A DNA stretch of 64,000 bases from Candidatus Komeilibacteria bacterium (lineage in GTDB: Bacteria > Patescibacteriota > Patescibacteriia > UBA1558), in NCBI GenBank assembly GCA_048538275.1, contig JBLYPW010000003.1, positions 15,248 to 79,247 on the forward strand. The letters are read 5' to 3'. Positions 60,093 through 64,000 of the stretch are shown here, in pieces. A model generated the notes under the pieces. The model was not told the origin of the DNA and made no database searches. It worked only from the letters and a program-made list of their open reading frames with translations. Position 1 is the stretch's first letter; every line of letters starts with the position of its first letter. Position numbers and translations under genes: made by a program.

Positions 60093-61169
60093 ATGGCAAC
60101 TACAGACACTTTAATTATCAATAGAATATTGGGAGCGGCCGCTGAACGACGGGCATCAGATTTACACTTGTCCGCTGGTAATTATCCAGTCATGCGGATC
60201 AATGACGAGCTGGTTCCTTTGGAGGGAGAGGAGGTTATTACCCCTGATTTTGTCCAACAGTTGGTAGAGTTTTTTATCCCTGAAGATAAGCGAGAGGAAT
60301 TTAATAAAAATAAAGAGATTTTATTGATTCATGAGTGGATGAACCAACTACGTTTGAAAGTAGCTATTTTTTATCAGAAAAATTTACCGGTGGTAGCAAT
60401 ACATATTATTCCGGAAGTGGTTCCTGAGTTGCGTAGCTTGGGCCTACCCCAGGGAGTAGACAATTTGATAAATAGCAAAAAAGGTTTGCTGTTGATTGGC
60501 GGCACTTTTGGTTCTGGCCGTTCTACCACGGCCGCAGTTTTATTAAACACTATTAATGCCCAGCGTAAGGAAAGAATTTTGACCATAGAGGAGCCGATAG
60601 AATTTTTATTGGCCAATAATCAAAGCATGATTGCACAACAGGAGGTGGGTAAGGATATTGTTTCTCGTCGCGATGGTTTGGCACAGGCTATGAATCAAGA
60701 CATTGACGTATTATTTGTCAGTGAAGTGTCAGACTGGGAAGAATGGGAGCTAGTATTGAAGCATGCTGAGGCTGGCCGGTTGGTATTGGTGGTGATGACA
60801 GCAGAAAGTTCTACCTTGGCTTTAGAGCGGATTATCAATGCTTATCCAGAAGATAAACAGAATTGGGCTAGAGAATTATTAGCGAATCACTTGGAGGCAG
60901 TTTTAATACAGCGTTTATTGCCAAGGGTAGGTGGCGGCTTGGCTATGGCTAGCGAGTTGTTATTTAATAATCAAGCGGTAGCCGGCTCTATCAAAGAAAA
61001 CAAACTTTATCAGATTTTTAGTATTTTACAGAGTAATCGTGATATGGGCATGCTAGCTCTTGATCAGTCACTGCTAGAATTGGTGCGTACCGGCGAGGTT
61101 GCGAAAGAAGATGCTTTGCCCGAAGTTATTGATAAAGTTAATTTTAATAATTCATTAAAGAAATTTTAG
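60093..61169 (+). CDS. pilT: PilT/PilU-family ATPase with degenerate motifs
   Basis: ASDLHL, TIEEPIEF, IQRLLP, GMLALDQSL; Walker A reads GTFGSGRST. Confidence 0.8.
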   Translation: MATTDTLIINRILGAAAERRASDLHLSAGNYPVMRINDELVPLEGEEVITPDFVQQLVEFFIPEDKREEFNKNKEILLIHEWMNQLRLKVAIFYQKNLPVVAIHIIPEVVPELRSLGLPQGVDNLINSKKGLLLIGGTFGSGRSTTAAVLLNTINAQRKERILTIEEPIEFLLANNQSMIAQQEVGKDIVSRRDGLAQAMNQDIDVLFVSEVSDWEEWELVLKHAEAGRLVLVVMTAESSTLALERIINAYPEDKQNWARELLANHLEAVLIQRLLPRVGGGLAMASELLFNNQAVAGSIKENKLYQIFSILQSNRDMGMLALDQSLLELVRTGEVAKEDALPEVIDKVNFNNSLKKF

Positions 61170-61225
61170 CTATTTATTGTGGAATTATTCCTCATCAATA
61201 GTATTGCAGTTTTTAAATTATATAC

Positions 61226-62434
61226 ATGGCTATTTTTAAATATCGCGCTCATCGGGGTCAGGATATTACCACTGGCATGGTAGAGGCTCCTAATCTGGAG
61301 GCAGCCTCGGAAATTTTAGGCGATCGCGGTTTAAACATTATAAATATCAGTGAGGCAGAAGAGGGTAAAAAGGGCCTGTCTTTAAATATTGCTATTTTAC
61401 AAAGAGTCAAGCCTAAAGATTTGGTGATTTTTTCACGTCAGCTTTCCGTGATGATATCAGCGACTTTGCCGATTGTGCAGGCTTTGCGTATTTTAGTCAA
61501 ACAAACTACCAATCCATTTTTCAAAGGTATTATTTCTGAGCTGGCTGATGAAGTGGAGGGTGGACAAAAATTTTCTGTGGCCTTAGGTAAGCACCGTAAT
61601 ATTTTTTCCAACTTTTATGTCAGTATGGTCAAGAGCGGTGAGACCTCGGGCAAGCTGGATGATGTCTTAGAATATTTAGCGGATCAATTGGAAAAAGATT
61701 ATGATTTACGGAGCAAGATAAAAGGTGCCATGATTTATCCGGCTTTTATTATCTCCGGTTTGGTAGTGGTAGGTATAGTAATGATGATTTTTGTCATTCC
61801 GAAATTAACGGAAATGTTGACGGCTTCCGGTCAAGAATTACCCATTGCCACTCGTATGTTAATAGCTACCAGCACTTTTATGCGTGATTATTGGTGGTTG
61901 TTGATTGTATTGGTATTGGGCATAGTCTTTGGTTTGCGTTATGTGATTAAGACTAAAAAAGGAAAAAAAGCCTTTGATTTGTTATTGATTAAGTTGCCGG
62001 TATTTGGCAAATTATTTCAGCGTATTTATTTAGTACGTTTAACGCGCTCTTTATCCACCCTGATCGTGGGTGGCGTGCCGTTGACAGCGGGTTTGAAGAT
62101 TGTTAATGAGGTAGTGGGCAATACCGCCTATCAAGAAATTATTGAGGAAACTATCAAGGTAGTGGAAGATGGTGATTCGGTAGCCAGTATTATGCTTAAT
62201 TCTAATATTATTCCCAGCTTGGTGTCGCAAATGATGAGCGTGGGAGAAAAAACCGGTCGTTTGGATGAGGTGCTGCGCCGGGTATCTGATTTTTATTCTC
62301 GTGAAATTGAAAATATTGTGTCTAATTTGACCAGCTTAATAGAGCCTTTTATTATGGTTGTGATTGGCGTGGCAGTGGGTGGCATGGTGGCAGCCATTAT
62401 TTTACCAATGTATAACTTAGCGAATCAGTTTTAG
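61226..62434 (+). CDS. pilC: Type IV pilus platform protein PilC/GspF
   Basis: FSRQLS, GETSGKL, AMIYP, GEKTGRL, LIEP, LPMY. Confidence 0.95.
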   Translation: MAIFKYRAHRGQDITTGMVEAPNLEAASEILGDRGLNIINISEAEEGKKGLSLNIAILQRVKPKDLVIFSRQLSVMISATLPIVQALRILVKQTTNPFFKGIISELADEVEGGQKFSVALGKHRNIFSNFYVSMVKSGETSGKLDDVLEYLADQLEKDYDLRSKIKGAMIYPAFIISGLVVVGIVMMIFVIPKLTEMLTASGQELPIATRMLIATSTFMRDYWWLLIVLVLGIVFGLRYVIKTKKGKKAFDLLLIKLPVFGKLFQRIYLVRLTRSLSTLIVGGVPLTAGLKIVNEVVGNTAYQEIIEETIKVVEDGDSVASIMLNSNIIPSLVSQMMSVGEKTGRLDEVLRRVSDFYSREIENIVSNLTSLIEPFIMVVIGVAVGGMVAAIILPMYNLANQF

Positions 62435-62557
62435 CATTTTCGCCAGTTTTTATTTACCGTTTATGAAAAATATTGTATAATTATAATACCTGTGGATATC
62501 TTTGGTAATTTAACTTACCTAGTTTCCTATAATATTTAGTGATTAAATTGTAATATT

Positions 62558-63031
62558 ATGAAAAATAACAAAGGTTTTACCTTGATTGAGTTATTGGTAG
62601 TGATTGCCATCATTGGTTTACTTTCCACTTTAGCGGTGGTTTCTTTGAATTCGGCTAGATCAAAAGCTAGGGATGCTCGCCGTACTTCTGATATCAGACA
62701 ATTACAGACCGCTTTAGAGATGTATTTTAATGATAAGGGAGCTTATCCAGCAACGCCAAGTAACTCAACATACTTGGGTGAGGATACCACTGGCACTGAT
62801 GATCCACGAGTATTAACCAGCGCTGGTTTTGAGGAAACAGGAACTGCTGGTGAAACTGTATTTATGAATCAAGTACCTTCTGATCCCCAGCCAGATACTT
62901 ATCATTACGATTACGCTGCAACTGGCACGGGCAATACGGGTTATACAATAAGTTTTACACTTGAAAATGATAATTCCAGTTGGGGTGGAGATGTGTGTGT
63001 AGCGTCTCCCGGGCAAATTTCCTGTAATTAA
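62558..63031 (+). CDS. Type IV major pilin-like protein
   Basis: KG|FTLIELLVVIAIIG class III signal; ARDARR.SD; VPSDP. Confidence 0.92.
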   Translation: MKNNKGFTLIELLVVIAIIGLLSTLAVVSLNSARSKARDARRTSDIRQLQTALEMYFNDKGAYPATPSNSTYLGEDTTGTDDPRVLTSAGFEETGTAGETVFMNQVPSDPQPDTYHYDYAATGTGNTGYTISFTLENDNSSWGGDVCVASPGQISCN

Positions 63032-63044
63032 TAGTTGATTATTT

Positions 63045-63077
63045 AAAACCCGCTAGGCCTATTTAGCGGGTTTTTTT
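63045..63077 (+). terminator. Terminator after pilin
   Basis: AAAACCCGCTA...TAGCGGGTTTTTTT. Confidence 0.8.
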
Positions 63078-63105
63078 ATTGGTTAAAAAATGCTATAATA
63101 TAGCC

Positions 63106-63879
63106 ATGATTTACTTTATTTTAGTGATTTTAGGCTTATTGTTAGGTAGTTTTTATAATGCTTTAATTTATCGTTTATATAAAGGTGAAAGTATTGTTCG
63201 GGGGCGTTCTCATTGTCCGCATTGTGGTCATACTTTGAGCTGGCGGGACTTATTTCCTATTTTCAGTTGGTTGTGGTTAGGCGGGCATTGTCGCTATTGT
63301 CAGGCAAAGATTGGCTGGCAGTATCCAATGATTGAATTGGTGAGTGCGGGTTTATTAGTAATGGGTTATGCGGTTTTGGGACCAGCTCAGCCATTATTAA
63401 ATTTTACTACTTGGTTGCCATTTATTTATTATGCGATTGCCAGCGCCGGTTTATTAATCATCTTTATTTTTGACGGCCGTTATACTTTAATACCGGATAA
63501 AGTGAGCTTGCCACTGATGGTGGTGGCTTTATTGTTTACTTGGTTGACCGGGCAGGATTTAGTACAACATATTTTAGCTGGGGTAGTTGGTTTGGCGTGG
63601 TTTGGTTGGCAATATGTGATTTCTCGTGGGCGTTGGATTGGCGGGGGAGATTTACGGATGGGTTTGTTAATGGGTTTGTTGTTAGGTTGGCCGGGCATAG
63701 TCATAGCTTTATTTATATCTTATATTTTAGGCGCGGTGGTGGCTATTGGTTTATTACTTAGTCATCGTCGCCAAATTGGCAGTCAGCTGGCTTTTGGCAC
63801 TTTTTTGAGTGTAGCTGCTTTACTCACTTGGTTGTGGGGAGATCAATTATTACATTGGTATCTGAATTTATTTATTTGA
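63106..63879 (+). CDS. pilD: Prepilin peptidase (start re-called to MIYF)
   Basis: GSFYN, RSHCPHC, CRYC, FIFD...IPD, GGGD, AFGTFL. Confidence 0.93.
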   Translation: MIYFILVILGLLLGSFYNALIYRLYKGESIVRGRSHCPHCGHTLSWRDLFPIFSWLWLGGHCRYCQAKIGWQYPMIELVSAGLLVMGYAVLGPAQPLLNFTTWLPFIYYAIASAGLLIIFIFDGRYTLIPDKVSLPLMVVALLFTWLTGQDLVQHILAGVVGLAWFGWQYVISRGRWIGGGDLRMGLLMGLLLGWPGIVIALFISYILGAVVAIGLLLSHRRQIGSQLAFGTFLSVAALLTWLWGDQLLHWYLNLFI

Positions 63880-63880
63880 T

Positions 63881-64000
63881 ATGAAATATAATTTTGTTTT
63901 CGTAAACAAAGGCTTCACCCTGATTGAATTAATAGTTTCCATGGGTATATTTATTAGCCTTTTTTTGATAGTGACGGTAAATTTTCGTTCTGGCGAATCA
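63881..64000 (+). CDS. Prepilin-type (minor pilin) protein, runs off window end
   Basis: MKYNFVFVNKG|FTLIELIVSMGIF... Confidence 0.85.
   Translation, partial: MKYNFVFVNKGFTLIELIVSMGIFISLFLIVTVNFRSGES

Overview
AT-rich bacterial chromosome segment with the hallmarks of Patescibacteria/CPR (probably Parcubacteria/ABY1-like; inferred from gene content and style, not from a marker tree). These hallmarks are mostly SD-less AT-rich starts, standard code (TGA used as stop), two PilB/GspE ATPases, a large type IV pilus locus and giant secreted proteins. Core genes: hsp20 (partial), tRNA-Glu(TTC), tsaD, tsaE, ftsH, rpsA, gyrA, leuS, rsmA, efp, rpsF-ssb-rpsR, lemA-htpX and pilM-N-O-(P)-pilB-RR-pilT-pilC-pilin-pilD. 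Accessory content: a lexA/umuD-like + dinB cassette with a GTGAAC-N4-GTTCAC operator inside its promoter; MFS, TrmB-like regulator and small orphans; a protein-kinase-fold gene after tsaD-tsaE; a TSP3-like protein; a 2879-aa Cys-rich protein; two 416-aa propeller proteins with NYPNPFN (T9SS-CTD/FlgD-Ig-type) tails and an identical 34-bp promoter; and a 1711-aa VirB6/TrbL-like membrane protein with an HExxH motif. Notable non-coding signals: a shared hairpin + boxA-like + strong-SD leader on four accessory genes; a ~136-bp MITE-like element (2 copies, each abutting a TTGACA) with a related short palindrome; a candidate 6S-like RNA; a truncated copy of the leuS N-terminus; an in-frame TAA in an otherwise continuous ORF; and several apparently leaderless genes. 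All calls were made by eye from motifs; no database search was run.
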